Of a stretch of DNA of 64,000 nucleotides, positions 19,345-27,924 are shown one piece after another. The stretch lies in IMG/VR virus record IMGVR_UViG_3300046692_000582; one strand, 5' to 3'. Source of the DNA: an uncultured virus (IMG/VR IMGVR_UViG_3300046692_000582) (lineage: Duplodnaviria > Heunggongvirae > Uroviricota > Caudoviricetes). The notes under the pieces are model-generated. The model was not told where the DNA came from. It did not search any database and saw only the letters and a program-made list of their open reading frames with translations. The number at the start of each line of letters is the position of its first letter. Within the stretch, counting starts at the first letter, position 1. Both the position numbers and the translations under genes were made by a program.

Positions 19345-19860
19345 ATGTCTATAATTAAATCCGCTTTGTGTGCGGCGCTCCTGGCTGCATTGTCTTTTGC
19401 GATATTGCTATATATTTCTCCATACCAGCTGTCCCAATCGTGGCCGCTTCTTGGGGCGAGTCTTTTCATTTGGTTTATGGTATTTGCAGTTCTGCTCAAG
19501 CCTTCAACCGAAACAAATCCGGAGCGGCTCCAAGAGTACCGTTTTAAAGTTTATTTCGTTTACTTCATTGCTTTCCTAGTCATCATTGGAGCTGCGCTCC
19601 TCTGTGATAGTATGGGAAAGGTCCAGGATTCTACCTCTACCAAGGCATTGAGCGCGGACAGTAATGCTAACCAAGCTCGGTTTGGCGCCGCTCGCGTGCT
19701 GTCGTTCAGCGAAGCGAAGGAGCTGAGAGGGGCTCTTGCTATCAGCGACACGCACGGCTGTGTGTGGGCAGTGCTGGAAGACGACGACCAGCTGAAGCTC
19801 GTTCGATACGTCAATGCTGGCGACTCTGCCCTGTGCGCAAAAAGCCCTGAAGTTAATTAG
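19345..19860 (+). CDS. hypothetical membrane protein
   Basis: three hydrophobic helices. Confidence 0.7.
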   Translation: MSIIKSALCAALLAALSFAILLYISPYQLSQSWPLLGASLFIWFMVFAVLLKPSTETNPERLQEYRFKVYFVYFIAFLVIIGAALLCDSMGKVQDSTSTKALSADSNANQARFGAARVLSFSEAKELRGALAISDTHGCVWAVLEDDDQLKLVRYVNAGDSALCAKSPEVN

Positions 19861-19948
19861 CCTTCAATAACATCAGCCTCCGTCATTGAGGGGCTCTGGC
19901 AGTGCATGGTGCGTATTTAGCGTGCCATATAACACACGAGGTTTGAAG

Positions 19949-20152
19949 ATGAATAGATTGCAAATGCTCAAGAAACGCGCTGCACGGGGTCAGGTTGGCG
20001 TGTGCAAGCTCAGTGATGGCTGGTTTGTCGGAACTGGCCGTGGCGGTTGGGGTGATTGTTCCGGGCCGCATTCGCGACGTGAGGCGATCCAGATTGCTGC
20101 ACGCTGGGCGCTGCCCTCGAAAAAAATTGTTGTTACCATCACAATGGGTTGA
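19949..20152 (+). CDS. small hypothetical protein
   Basis: GAGG SD. Confidence 0.5.
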   Translation: MNRLQMLKKRAARGQVGVCKLSDGWFVGTGRGGWGDCSGPHSRREAIQIAARWALPSKKIVVTITMG

Positions 20153-20248
20153 CTGAGCTATTTCAGGGCTGATTCTATCGTAATTATATTTGACACGCTG
20201 GTGGGCGTGGGTCAATATTTGTTCACAAAATAAGACTCAAGGCCCCCA

Positions 20249-20911
20249 ATGTCGAACGTAAATGCGCACGTCTGCATCCTTAATCCCCCTGATCAACTAG
20301 ATCCTTTCCGCTTTCGCAATTGGCTGCAAACTGAATTTTCGCAATTCATCGCAGGCGTGCCTGTCGGTGATTTGATTTTTGCCGTTGTGTTCGTCCCGCC
20401 AGCCATTCGTAACGGACTTGGCAAAAAACGACTGAACAAAAGCATTGATGTCATGTACGGTAAATTCATTACACTGATCAGTATTTCCAGGCATGACGTC
20501 GAACAGAGGCTGAGTGAAGATCAAGTCGAAAAAGAGCGAGAAAAACACTTGGTCGAGGCACTGGAATACGCCTCCATGTACAACGCTCCCAGTCCTCTTG
20601 GTGAATCTGGCTCCGTGCCAGACAATGGCGAGATCTTCCTGGGCTTTGCCAAAGGCTTCAGCGACGATAAAGCCATGATTGCCGCACCAGACGAAGTACT
20701 GGCGTGTTACGTCAAACAGGCAACCGCTCAGGAAGTGGAAATCTTTCAAAAGCATGACTTCAAGAAGGGCGATTGGTACATCTCCACTGAAGAAAGTGGT
20801 CGATACCTGATTCATGGCCCCTTCCCCACCAAGGATGAAGCCTTCAGTTATGCGTACGAAAAATTCGACGTCAAGCGCTTCGCGGAGATGCCCAGCGGTT
20901 CCCTCTCTTGA
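20249..20911 (+). CDS. hypothetical protein
   Basis: 220 aa ORF. Confidence 0.65.
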   Translation: MSNVNAHVCILNPPDQLDPFRFRNWLQTEFSQFIAGVPVGDLIFAVVFVPPAIRNGLGKKRLNKSIDVMYGKFITLISISRHDVEQRLSEDQVEKEREKHLVEALEYASMYNAPSPLGESGSVPDNGEIFLGFAKGFSDDKAMIAAPDEVLACYVKQATAQEVEIFQKHDFKKGDWYISTEESGRYLIHGPFPTKDEAFSYAYEKFDVKRFAEMPSGSLS

Positions 20912-20984
20912 GCCTTTCTTTCCTCTTCGCAAAAAACACTCACATCGCTCTTGACTTAATATATGATTATTGCAAATAATGTAA

Positions 20985-21063
20985 TCTCCTTTTATTGTTT
21001 GACTGTTGTGTGAAAATCAAGGCCGCATGGTCTTGTGGAGCCGCCTAAACAGCGGCTTTTTTT
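20985..21063 (+). ncRNA. candidate small regulatory RNA
   Basis: TTGACT(20951)/AATAAT(20975) promoter, no ORF, hairpin 21018-21035, terminator 21039-21063. Confidence 0.45.
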
Positions 21064-21162
21064 GATTGTTAATTTTTTAATCAACATCTCAGTTTGTCTT
21101 GTTGACATATTATTAAATTATCAATATACTGATCCCATCAAGACATCGCTAGGTAACGCATC

Positions 21163-21369
21163 ATGAAAAGTGTTGATTTCGAAGCATGTGTCCGTGCAGC
21201 AACCATCGATCAGGCCAAAGAATGGGCCGCGACTGATGAGAAGTTCATTCACTGCATTGATACGTTGGAGATCTCTGCTCACGATGCTGACGCTGATGAT
21301 CGAGTGGTCGCCCTGGAGGCGCACTACATGAAAATGCTGGCTGAGGCGGATATTCCGTTCAGTTACTGA
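21163..21369 (+). CDS. small hypothetical protein
   Basis: promoter TTGACA 21102-17-TATACT 21125; probably co-transcribed with the tRNA. Confidence 0.65.
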   Translation: MKSVDFEACVRAATIDQAKEWAATDEKFIHCIDTLEISAHDADADDRVVALEAHYMKMLAEADIPFSY

Positions 21370-21391
21370 GCGTTGGTCTGAATCAAATTAC

Positions 21392-21476
21392 GCGCAGGTG
21401 GTGAAATTGGTAGACACGCAGCCTTGAGGTGGCTGTGCCGAAAGGCGTGAGGGTTCGAGTCCCTTCTTGCGCACCA
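21392..21476 (+). tRNA. tRNA-Leu (anticodon GAG)
   Basis: acceptor stem GCGCAGG/CTTGCGC, anticodon arm CAGCC-TTGAGGT-GGCTG, long variable arm, GGTTCGAGT T-loop, encoded CCA. Confidence 0.97.
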
Positions 21477-21485
21477 AACCTTTTC

Positions 21486-21511
21486 AATCAGGCTTCGGCC
21501 TGATTTTTTTT
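21486..21511 (+). terminator. intrinsic terminator after the tRNA
   Basis: AATCAGGC-TTCG-GCCTGATT plus T-run. Confidence 0.9.
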
Positions 21512-21663
21512 GCCTGTCATTTGAGAGGCCTAGATCATGGGGTTGAATGAGCTGTCGTGCGCTGAATGTCGCCTGGAAACGCTGCGTCGTGCGTGCCGCG
21601 CAATGGGCTACTGAATGCACTCAGCCATTGCCTGGGTGCGGTGGCAATGGCTGAGCAGAGGTC

Positions 21664-21903
21664 TTACTGAGGGGTTGGTTCTGGGCTTGCGACGAGCCGC
21701 GAAGCCTCATCAATCGTCTTTTTCAGCGTCTCCAGCCAATCCATCAATCGACGTTTGGCCACATGATTGTCTTTGCCAACGGCTGGCGCTATCGACTTCA
21801 TCATCTGTGAATGATCTTCAGGAGTTTCAATGACCTCTGAGGCGACTCACCCCAAAAGCCTGTGCAAGCGATTCATTTCAGTGTCTGTTAACGGCTTATT
21901 CAT
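21664..21903 (-). pseudogene. frameshifted small ORF
   Basis: MNKPLTDTEMNRLHRLLGE continues in another frame as ASEVIETPEDHSQMM...PTPQ*. Confidence 0.35.
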
Positions 21904-22034
21904 TTTTATGGTCAATCAACTACGTTTCTGCGCATCGACAAGGGCAATGGCCAGGGTTGTTAGAGAAGGAGTGGACGAGCGAGGAAGAAAGCGCTGGACA
22001 AATCCGAGGGAGCTTGGCTCCCTCGGTTCTTCGC

Positions 22035-22865
22035 TCACTTTCGGCCAAGGGAGTCAAGAAATTCTACAATCGCGCCCATCTGGGTTGAGTGCACGTCCTC
22101 GCCGATTTTCCCATTGTAGGACCATTGGAAGAGGAGGCCCCTGCGCCCTTCGTTTATGTGTTTGATCACAAACTCAGGTCCCATCATGTACTTGAAGGAG
22201 GCGATGTCCGGCTCATCATCGGAATGGTACAGGGCGTGACTGAACTCATCAACATACTCTTTGAAGCTGGTGACCGGATTAGGATCGTTACGCATCTCCA
22301 ATGCATCCAGCCAGCTCATCATCACTGTGAATCCGCGACTCATGAGCCAATCACGCAGCGCACCCCGATCAATGAAGACCTTGTAGGTGATGTTTTTCGC
22401 ATGGCATTCATCCAAAACGCCAGCAATGATCGCATTCGTTGGGCGTGCAAAGTTGGCTGCCCCAATGCCGGGTGCATTTTCTGGATGATCCAGCCAGGAA
22501 ATCATGAGGTGGAGGTGATTCATTTCTACGCAGTTGTTGAAGAACTCAACGGCGTCGAATGTTGTGGTGCGACCGGCGCCGTTATTGAAGCCGCCGACAC
22601 CTGTCATCAGGGTGGCTGGAATTTGGAAGTACAGCTCCCCTGCTTGCGGAATCACTACTGGGAGCGGGTCAGCAGGCGTAGGTACTTTTGCTGCACACAG
22701 GCCCATGGCCGTGTTGAAATCCGCTGCACCGGCCAATATGGCTGCCAGCTCGTCAACCTTACGAGGTTTGAGGGTCAACATCATTTTTTCAGCCATGACT
22801 TTTTTCACATGGTCACGAAAGTGCAGGAACTCGTCTTGCGATTCAAAGCGTTTGATCATGGTCAT
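22035..22865 (-). CDS. leader-RNA-associated protein B; paralog of 5908..6792
   Basis: GGAG SD; LKPRKVDELAAILAGAADFNTAMG; FDAVEFF; LRDWLMSRGF. Confidence 0.75.
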   Translation of the reverse strand: MTMIKRFESQDEFLHFRDHVKKVMAEKMMLTLKPRKVDELAAILAGAADFNTAMGLCAAKVPTPADPLPVVIPQAGELYFQIPATLMTGVGGFNNGAGRTTTFDAVEFFNNCVEMNHLHLMISWLDHPENAPGIGAANFARPTNAIIAGVLDECHAKNITYKVFIDRGALRDWLMSRGFTVMMSWLDALEMRNDPNPVTSFKEYVDEFSHALYHSDDEPDIASFKYMMGPEFVIKHINEGRRGLLFQWSYNGKIGEDVHSTQMGAIVEFLDSLGRK

Positions 22866-23048
22866 GCTCATTCTCCAGTGCACGCTGATTGTCGGTTCCA
22901 CTCATTACCGCCTGCATGCTTGAGGAAAAAAGCAAGAAAGGAGGAGGATGCAATCCACGTTTTAACCGTCCATCAATGATGGTGAGTGGGGCAGCTTCGC
23001 CAAGCTATCATTGTCCTAAGCTGAACTTGTCAGTCAGTCCTGTTTGAT
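22866..23048 (-). ncRNA. candidate structured 5' leader RNA, copy B
   Basis: homologous to 5734-5907 with compensatory changes; promoter TTGACA(23078-23083)-17-TATTGT. Confidence 0.7.
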
Positions 23049-23131
23049 GGGCTTACAATAGCAGCACCAGCGCTCTCTGTCAACCACAGTGACATTTGTT
23101 AAAATTAAATGAAGAAGAAGTGTTTTTGTCA

Positions 23132-23160
23132 TTGACAGATAAAGTGTATTTTTGTACAAT
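23132..23160 (+). promoter_or_regulatory. sigma70 promoter with TTTGTACAAT overlapping the -10 box
   Basis: TTGACA-17-TACAAT. Confidence 0.75.
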
Positions 23161-23197
23161 TTTGGAACTCAAGCAGCATTACCTACGAGGATTTAGC

Positions 23198-23431
23198 ATG
23201 ACCCAGTCTACCGTTGAGCACACGCTAATTGTCCCGCCGACTTATGTCGCAGAAATCATTGGCGTCAAGCTGATTCGCGTGGGCCCGCGTAAGGTCTGGG
23301 CAACGCTCCAGAATGGCGCTGTCATCAGCGTGAAGCGCAAAGACGTGGCCACCGAGTTGGAAGGTGATTTCTTGCCCTTGGCCAACAAAGTGATCACTCA
23401 ATACCGGGAAGATAAAGCAAAGGCTGCGTAA
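23198..23431 (+). CDS. small hypothetical protein
   Basis: GAGG SD after the promoter. Confidence 0.6.
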   Translation: MTQSTVEHTLIVPPTYVAEIIGVKLIRVGPRKVWATLQNGAVISVKRKDVATELEGDFLPLANKVITQYREDKAKAA

Positions 23432-23567
23432 GCGCCTTTGACCCTGGATTACAGGTCAAATGTGACCCGTTAATGGCCTTATATCGCCTTAATGGGTCAC
23501 ATCTGACCCGTCTTTGAATTAAGAAAACCCTGAAGATTCGTGCCATGAAGGCCGGTAGGAGAGCAAT

Positions 23568-23756
23568 ATGAGCAATGCCCGTCTGGAGTTGCAGCAACTG
23601 GTTTCCAAGTTCCAAAAATCCGATACGCTGGTCTCGGAAAACCATGCTATCAACGTCGTTGAGTCGTTGGTAACAAAATCCTTTACCGGCAAGCTGGATC
23701 CGGAGCAGCAGGCTTTTTACGAGCTACTGCAAGAGAAGGGTTTTATCAGCAAGTAG
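23568..23756 (+). CDS. small hypothetical protein
   Basis: AGGAG SD. Confidence 0.55.
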   Translation: MSNARLELQQLVSKFQKSDTLVSENHAINVVESLVTKSFTGKLDPEQQAFYELLQEKGFISK

Positions 23757-23878
23757 CCTTCGGTAGATGTAAATGGCCGTGCGGATTGTCATTGAGTCCT
23801 CACACGGCCACTCATATTGCTTGAGGCAAGCCCCGGCAGCGCGAATGGCTGCCAGGGATTATTATTTCTTATTGAAGT

Positions 23879-24262
23879 TTATGCGCCGGAAGACTCCTTG
23901 CTGTAAATTTCTGCGCTTTTAAATATTCCCTTCGTAAAGCGCTGCTTTCTACCTGTCTTTCCCCAGCCGTTAAGTCCCATGATGAGGGCAGTCACGGTGC
24001 CTACGAACTGCTTTTCATGTGAACTGAGAGGATCAATTTCCCCGCTCTCAATAGCTCCGCTTATTTTTGTTTCAAAGACTGAAACCGGAGAGTTTCCGGT
24101 GCCTTCTGCAATAGTGATGGCTTCGTTGATATGCGTCGGCAGGGTGATAAGCTTGAAAATGGCTTCTTTCTGAGGGGTATTGCAGGGGGACCTAGGGTAA
24201 AGGGCCTCGTAGTCAGCGAGTTCGGGCTGATTAAGGCTAATCATCAGTTCGACTTGTTTCAT
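23879..24262 (-). CDS. hypothetical protein
   Basis: GAGGT SD. Confidence 0.65.
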   Translation of the reverse strand: MKQVELMISLNQPELADYEALYPRSPCNTPQKEAIFKLITLPTHINEAITIAEGTGNSPVSVFETKISGAIESGEIDPLSSHEKQFVGTVTALIMGLNGWGKTGRKQRFTKGIFKSAEIYSKESSGA

Positions 24263-24441
24263 GAAACACCTCATTTAGACAGGCTTGCATGCGATCCAGA
24301 CCGCTCCTAACGAGATGGAAAATAGCGCATGTCGATCAGCTTGTAAACAAGGTGCGTTTATTTACACCTTGATCCAAGGTTGCCATCAGCTGTTTAGAGA
24401 CTGTTGGACTGCACCCTGCCCTGCCCTGCCTAATCCAGTGC

Positions 24442-25020
24442 TCACTGCTGAAGCCAATACGCCAGTTTCGGGTAGACGGGCAGATTGCGATTTGGGTTAG
24501 CGCGATTTACACAGAACCCGGCGTGCATCAGGCCATGAATGCCGTAGTAGGCCCTGGCCATGAGCATGGATCTAACCTCGGCCCCGTCGTTGTCGTACTC
24601 AGAGTCCAGGATTGCCACATCAGGTGGAATATCCAGGTGTTCTCCCACTGCCCAAGCCCAGGCCGTGGCCTCTACTTCAGAAGCCTGCATGGCGGATCGA
24701 GACAATGGATGATCGGGATGCAGGCCCATTTTTTCAATCTCATCAAACATGCGCTTGATGCCCTCATCCAGATTTCCTGTCATCAAGTGACGAAATGCAG
24801 AGGGAACAGTGGCGAGATGACCGGCTTCATGAAGGATATTGGATACGGGGCAAAGAGGATCAATTTCCAGGCGACCTTCAACAATGCGAATCAGCTCCAG
24901 GAAAGCTGAGGCTCCAGGGACGACTGCGATTGGCAAGCCAATCTCATTCAAGAAGGCCATCGTCTTCTCTACGTACGGTTGGAGTTCCGTCGTTTCGCTC
25001 TTAAGGTCAGCTTGGTGCAT
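24442..25020 (-). CDS. HExxH putative metallopeptidase
   Basis: ILHEAGHL and downstream EVEATAWA. Confidence 0.6.
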   Translation of the reverse strand: MHQADLKSETTELQPYVEKTMAFLNEIGLPIAVVPGASAFLELIRIVEGRLEIDPLCPVSNILHEAGHLATVPSAFRHLMTGNLDEGIKRMFDEIEKMGLHPDHPLSRSAMQASEVEATAWAWAVGEHLDIPPDVAILDSEYDNDGAEVRSMLMARAYYGIHGLMHAGFCVNRANPNRNLPVYPKLAYWLQQ

Positions 25021-25023
25021 GGA

Positions 25024-25320
25024 TTATCCTTGGTCGAGTATTCTGGAATGCAGCAGATCGTACAGGAATTTGGGAAATTCGCTTTCCAATTCGGTGGGTG
25101 CAATCAAGCAGTATTGCCCTTTAATCGGGGAGTCTTTGATCAACAGCACGGTGTTCTGAGGAAAGGGTCTCAGGCCTTCTAGCGTTTTCGCAATGGCCTG
25201 ATCTGCCCCTTCAGTAATGACTGGCGTGAGCCCATTTTTTCGAATCCAGGCAACCACTTCTTCAATGGGAGGCTGCTCAATTCGTTCGGGTTGTGTGTTT
25301 TGCTTTTTTGCCACTGTCAT
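25024..25320 (-). CDS. hypothetical protein
   Basis: ATGA coupling with the XRE gene. Confidence 0.6.
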   Translation of the reverse strand: MTVAKKQNTQPERIEQPPIEEVVAWIRKNGLTPVITEGADQAIAKTLEGLRPFPQNTVLLIKDSPIKGQYCLIAPTELESEFPKFLYDLLHSRILDQG

Positions 25321-25766
25321 ACGCCCCGGCTGGTCGCTCGTTTGACGATATCTTCCATGGCCTGAACCTCAGGTTCAAACAATTGATTGTCAAACACGGC
25401 CTGCGTGAGATTGAGAGCGGCTGTCTGAGCCCTCAAGCGCAAACTGGAACGATCCACGGCGGACTTTGAGACTTGCGATGGCGAGGCCGACAAAAGCTCG
25501 AAGATCATGTCGGCTTCAGCGGCCAGCCGCTCACTGAAGGCCGAAATAGGGACTTTCAGTTTGCTGGCCAGGAAGGCGGCGACTTTGAGATTGAGTGGGG
25601 TGTAGGCATTGAAATAGCCGCTGATAGCCCCTTGGGACACACCATAGTCGGCGGCTAGGGAGCGATGGCTGAGGTTTAGGCGCCCTTTGTGCTCTTCAAA
25701 GAGCTGCTTTAGCGCCTCAGCTTCTGCCAAGTTCTCATCAGACACTTTCACTTTTGCTTCAGCCAT
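25317..25766 (-). CDS. XRE/CI-like HTH regulator lacking an S24 peptidase domain
   Basis: LSHRSLAADYGVSQGAISGYFNAYTPLNL..FSERLAAE resembles the lambda CI N-terminal domain. Confidence 0.8.
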   Translation of the reverse strand: MAEAKVKVSDENLAEAEALKQLFEEHKGRLNLSHRSLAADYGVSQGAISGYFNAYTPLNLKVAAFLASKLKVPISAFSERLAAEADMIFELLSASPSQVSKSAVDRSSLRLRAQTAALNLTQAVFDNQLFEPEVQAMEDIVKRATSRGV

Positions 25767-25799
25767 TGCTGCATTTCCTCTTGATGGGGACTGTGACGA

Positions 25800-26096
25800 T
25801 CAGACGGATCGTTTTTGGGCAGTCTCAAAATCTTCAAAGGCCTGCCACAGTTCCCGATCTGCCTTATACGTCAGGATCAATCCGGTCCCCGCTTCTTTTT
25901 TTTGAGCGAAATGACTCACCAGCAGAATTCGGCCACTTGGCTGACGACGCAGCGTTCCTGCTTGATCGCCGAAAAAAAGTGAGTCGCGAGTCAGTTTCAG
26001 AAAGCAGTTACTTTGAACTCGCTGTTCAAGCGCACTGAACTGCATCTTGGTGATGCTGATCAGATTATCTTGATCGTACACTTTGGCAAGGCTCAT
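25800..26096 (-). CDS. hypothetical protein
   Basis: first gene of the minus operon. Confidence 0.55.
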   Translation of the reverse strand: MSLAKVYDQDNLISITKMQFSALEQRVQSNCFLKLTRDSLFFGDQAGTLRRQPSGRILLVSHFAQKKEAGTGLILTYKADRELWQAFEDFETAQKRSV

Positions 26097-26311
26097 GAGT
26101 TGCTCTCATATGTTTTGAATATGAATACTGTACCAAAAATCCCTGAAAAGTCAATATATGTTTGTCACGCTGACGAATATGGATACTATTCCGTCAAAGG
26201 ATTTGCAGCTATCGGCGCTGGCTTTTTGCTTTGACATATTTTCCATTTATGTATTGACGTTGTAATACGATGTCGATACACTTCTCTCCAAATTAAATTT
26301 GAGGGGGCATC

Positions 26312-26575
26312 ATGGAAACACCAATAATGAGTATGCGTGTCGCCCCCGAGATGCGGCAGCTATTTGACCGGGCGGCTGATATTCTCGGTAAGAACCGTAC
26401 GGATTACATGCTCGGTGTTTGCGTACAGGACGCCAAAAATGTGATTCTAGATCAGTGCCACTTCACCCTTCGTGACGAAGAATTTGATCGATTTACCGCT
26501 GCACTGGAGGCATCTGAAGATCATCCAAACGAAGCTCTGTTGGCCCTTCTCAGCCGTCCATCGCGCTGGTCGTAA
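26312..26575 (+). CDS. DUF1778 (TacA/AtaR-type) RHH antitoxin
   Basis: MRV..LFDRAADILGKNRTDYM..FTLRDEEFDRFTAALE..PNEALLALL. Confidence 0.85.
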   Translation: METPIMSMRVAPEMRQLFDRAADILGKNRTDYMLGVCVQDAKNVILDQCHFTLRDEEFDRFTAALEASEDHPNEALLALLSRPSRWS

Positions 26576-26603
26576 GTCCCTCCTTAAGTCTTCTGGATAT
26601 CTC

Positions 26604-27080
26604 ATGTCGAGTCTTGCACAAGTAAAGTGGCGGTCAGCGGCATTCATGGCGCCAGTGGTTCTCGAAAAAGAGCATGCAACGGGAGCGTTCAACTCTGGTG
26701 ACCCAGAAATGGACAATTGGTTGAAAACTGATGCCCTGCCCGCTCAGAACAATCGCGCTGGAATGACCTATGTAGTTCAGGATTTACTGGGGGAAATTGC
26801 CGGTTTTTACCGTATTTCTTCAGGATCCGTTGAGTGCCGAGATCGGATTGTGCCCGCCCTGGTACTCAATCGCATTGCGGTTGATACGGAATGCGTTGAC
26901 GATGATTTGTACTCAATGCTGCTGGCCCATGCCTTGGTCAAGTCGTTGCGACTGGCACAGCTCAATGGTGCACGACTGTTGATCGCAAGTGATCTTAATC
27001 CGGCCCGAATTTTTACTGAAAACAATCTCGCGTGGGAAAAAATCGGTGGCCTTTATTGCCTGCCGATCCCAGCGCTTTAA
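26604..27080 (+). CDS. TacT/AtaT-type GNAT toxin, degenerate
   Basis: FNSGDPEMDNWLK, IAGFY, PALVLNRIAVD; acetyl-CoA Gly motif absent. Confidence 0.75.
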   Translation: MSSLAQVKWRSAAFMAPVVLEKEHATGAFNSGDPEMDNWLKTDALPAQNNRAGMTYVVQDLLGEIAGFYRISSGSVECRDRIVPALVLNRIAVDTECVDDDLYSMLLAHALVKSLRLAQLNGARLLIASDLNPARIFTENNLAWEKIGGLYCLPIPAL

Positions 27081-27110
27081 CCCTACATGCCCATTACTGG
27101 AGCTGCGTTG

Positions 27111-27563
27111 ATGAGTTCAATTGTTGAGATTTTTACCGATGGCGCCTGCAAGGGAAACCCAGGCCCAGGCGGTTGGGGTGCCTTCCTGCTGTGCAACGGG
27201 GTTGAAAAGGAGTTGTGGGGCGGCGAAGCAGATACCACCAACAACCGTATGGAGCTGTTGGGTGCAATTAATGGCCTCGCGGAGCTGAAACGGCCTTGCG
27301 AAGTGGTTCTAACCACCGATTCGCAGTACGTGATGAAAGGCATCAACGAGTGGATGGCTAACTGGAAAAAACGTGGCTGGAAGACCGCCAGCAAGGAACC
27401 GGTGAAGAACGCCGACCTGTGGAAGTTGCTCGATGAGCAGGTTAATCGGCACACTGTGACCTGGAAGTGGGTGAGAGGCCACACGGGGCACCATGGCAAC
27501 GAAAAGGCTGACCAACTGGCCAACCGTGGAGTTGACGATGTGCGCGCAGCAAAACGCGTCTGA
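27111..27563 (+). CDS. rnhA: ribonuclease HI
   Basis: [44 protein letters not shown]. Confidence 0.97.
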   Translation: MSSIVEIFTDGACKGNPGPGGWGAFLLCNGVEKELWGGEADTTNNRMELLGAINGLAELKRPCEVVLTTDSQYVMKGINEWMANWKKRGWKTASKEPVKNADLWKLLDEQVNRHTVTWKWVRGHTGHHGNEKADQLANRGVDDVRAAKRV

Positions 27564-27924
27564 TCTCTGGATGACGAGGATTCTTTATGCGCGATAATAA
27601 TGACGACGATGATAACGACATGTTTGATCCAGAAGATCGCGAATGCAAACATGATATTCTGCTGAGCGAGTGTCACGAATGCCAGGATCACCTTGATAAT
27701 CTGGCGGAGCGTCACCGTGAACAGGCGGATTGGAACTTCTTTCATTCCGATTAAATGACCTGCCGAATTCCTGTCGATCACCCTAAATAGGCCGCTCAAA
27801 AAGCGGCCTATTTATTTTCAATCTATCTATAGACGACCCATTATTTTGCAAATATTATGTCGCTTATACCAAGCAAACAGCCACATATAGGCTGTAGCTC
27901 TTATAAGACGAAGGACGATGTAAT

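Noticed and set aside
20297..20932. 211 aa minus ORF
   Set aside because: Antisense shadow of 20249..20911.
21392..21476. tRNA as an integration (att) site
   Set aside because: No integrase and no duplicated tRNA 3' end seen in the window.
22089..22979. 296 aa plus-strand ORF
   Set aside because: Antisense shadow of 22035..22865, which has a paralog, an SD and a promoter.
27083..27799. 238 aa minus ORF with a hydrophobic stretch
   Set aside because: Mostly antisense to rnhA and has no convincing SD.
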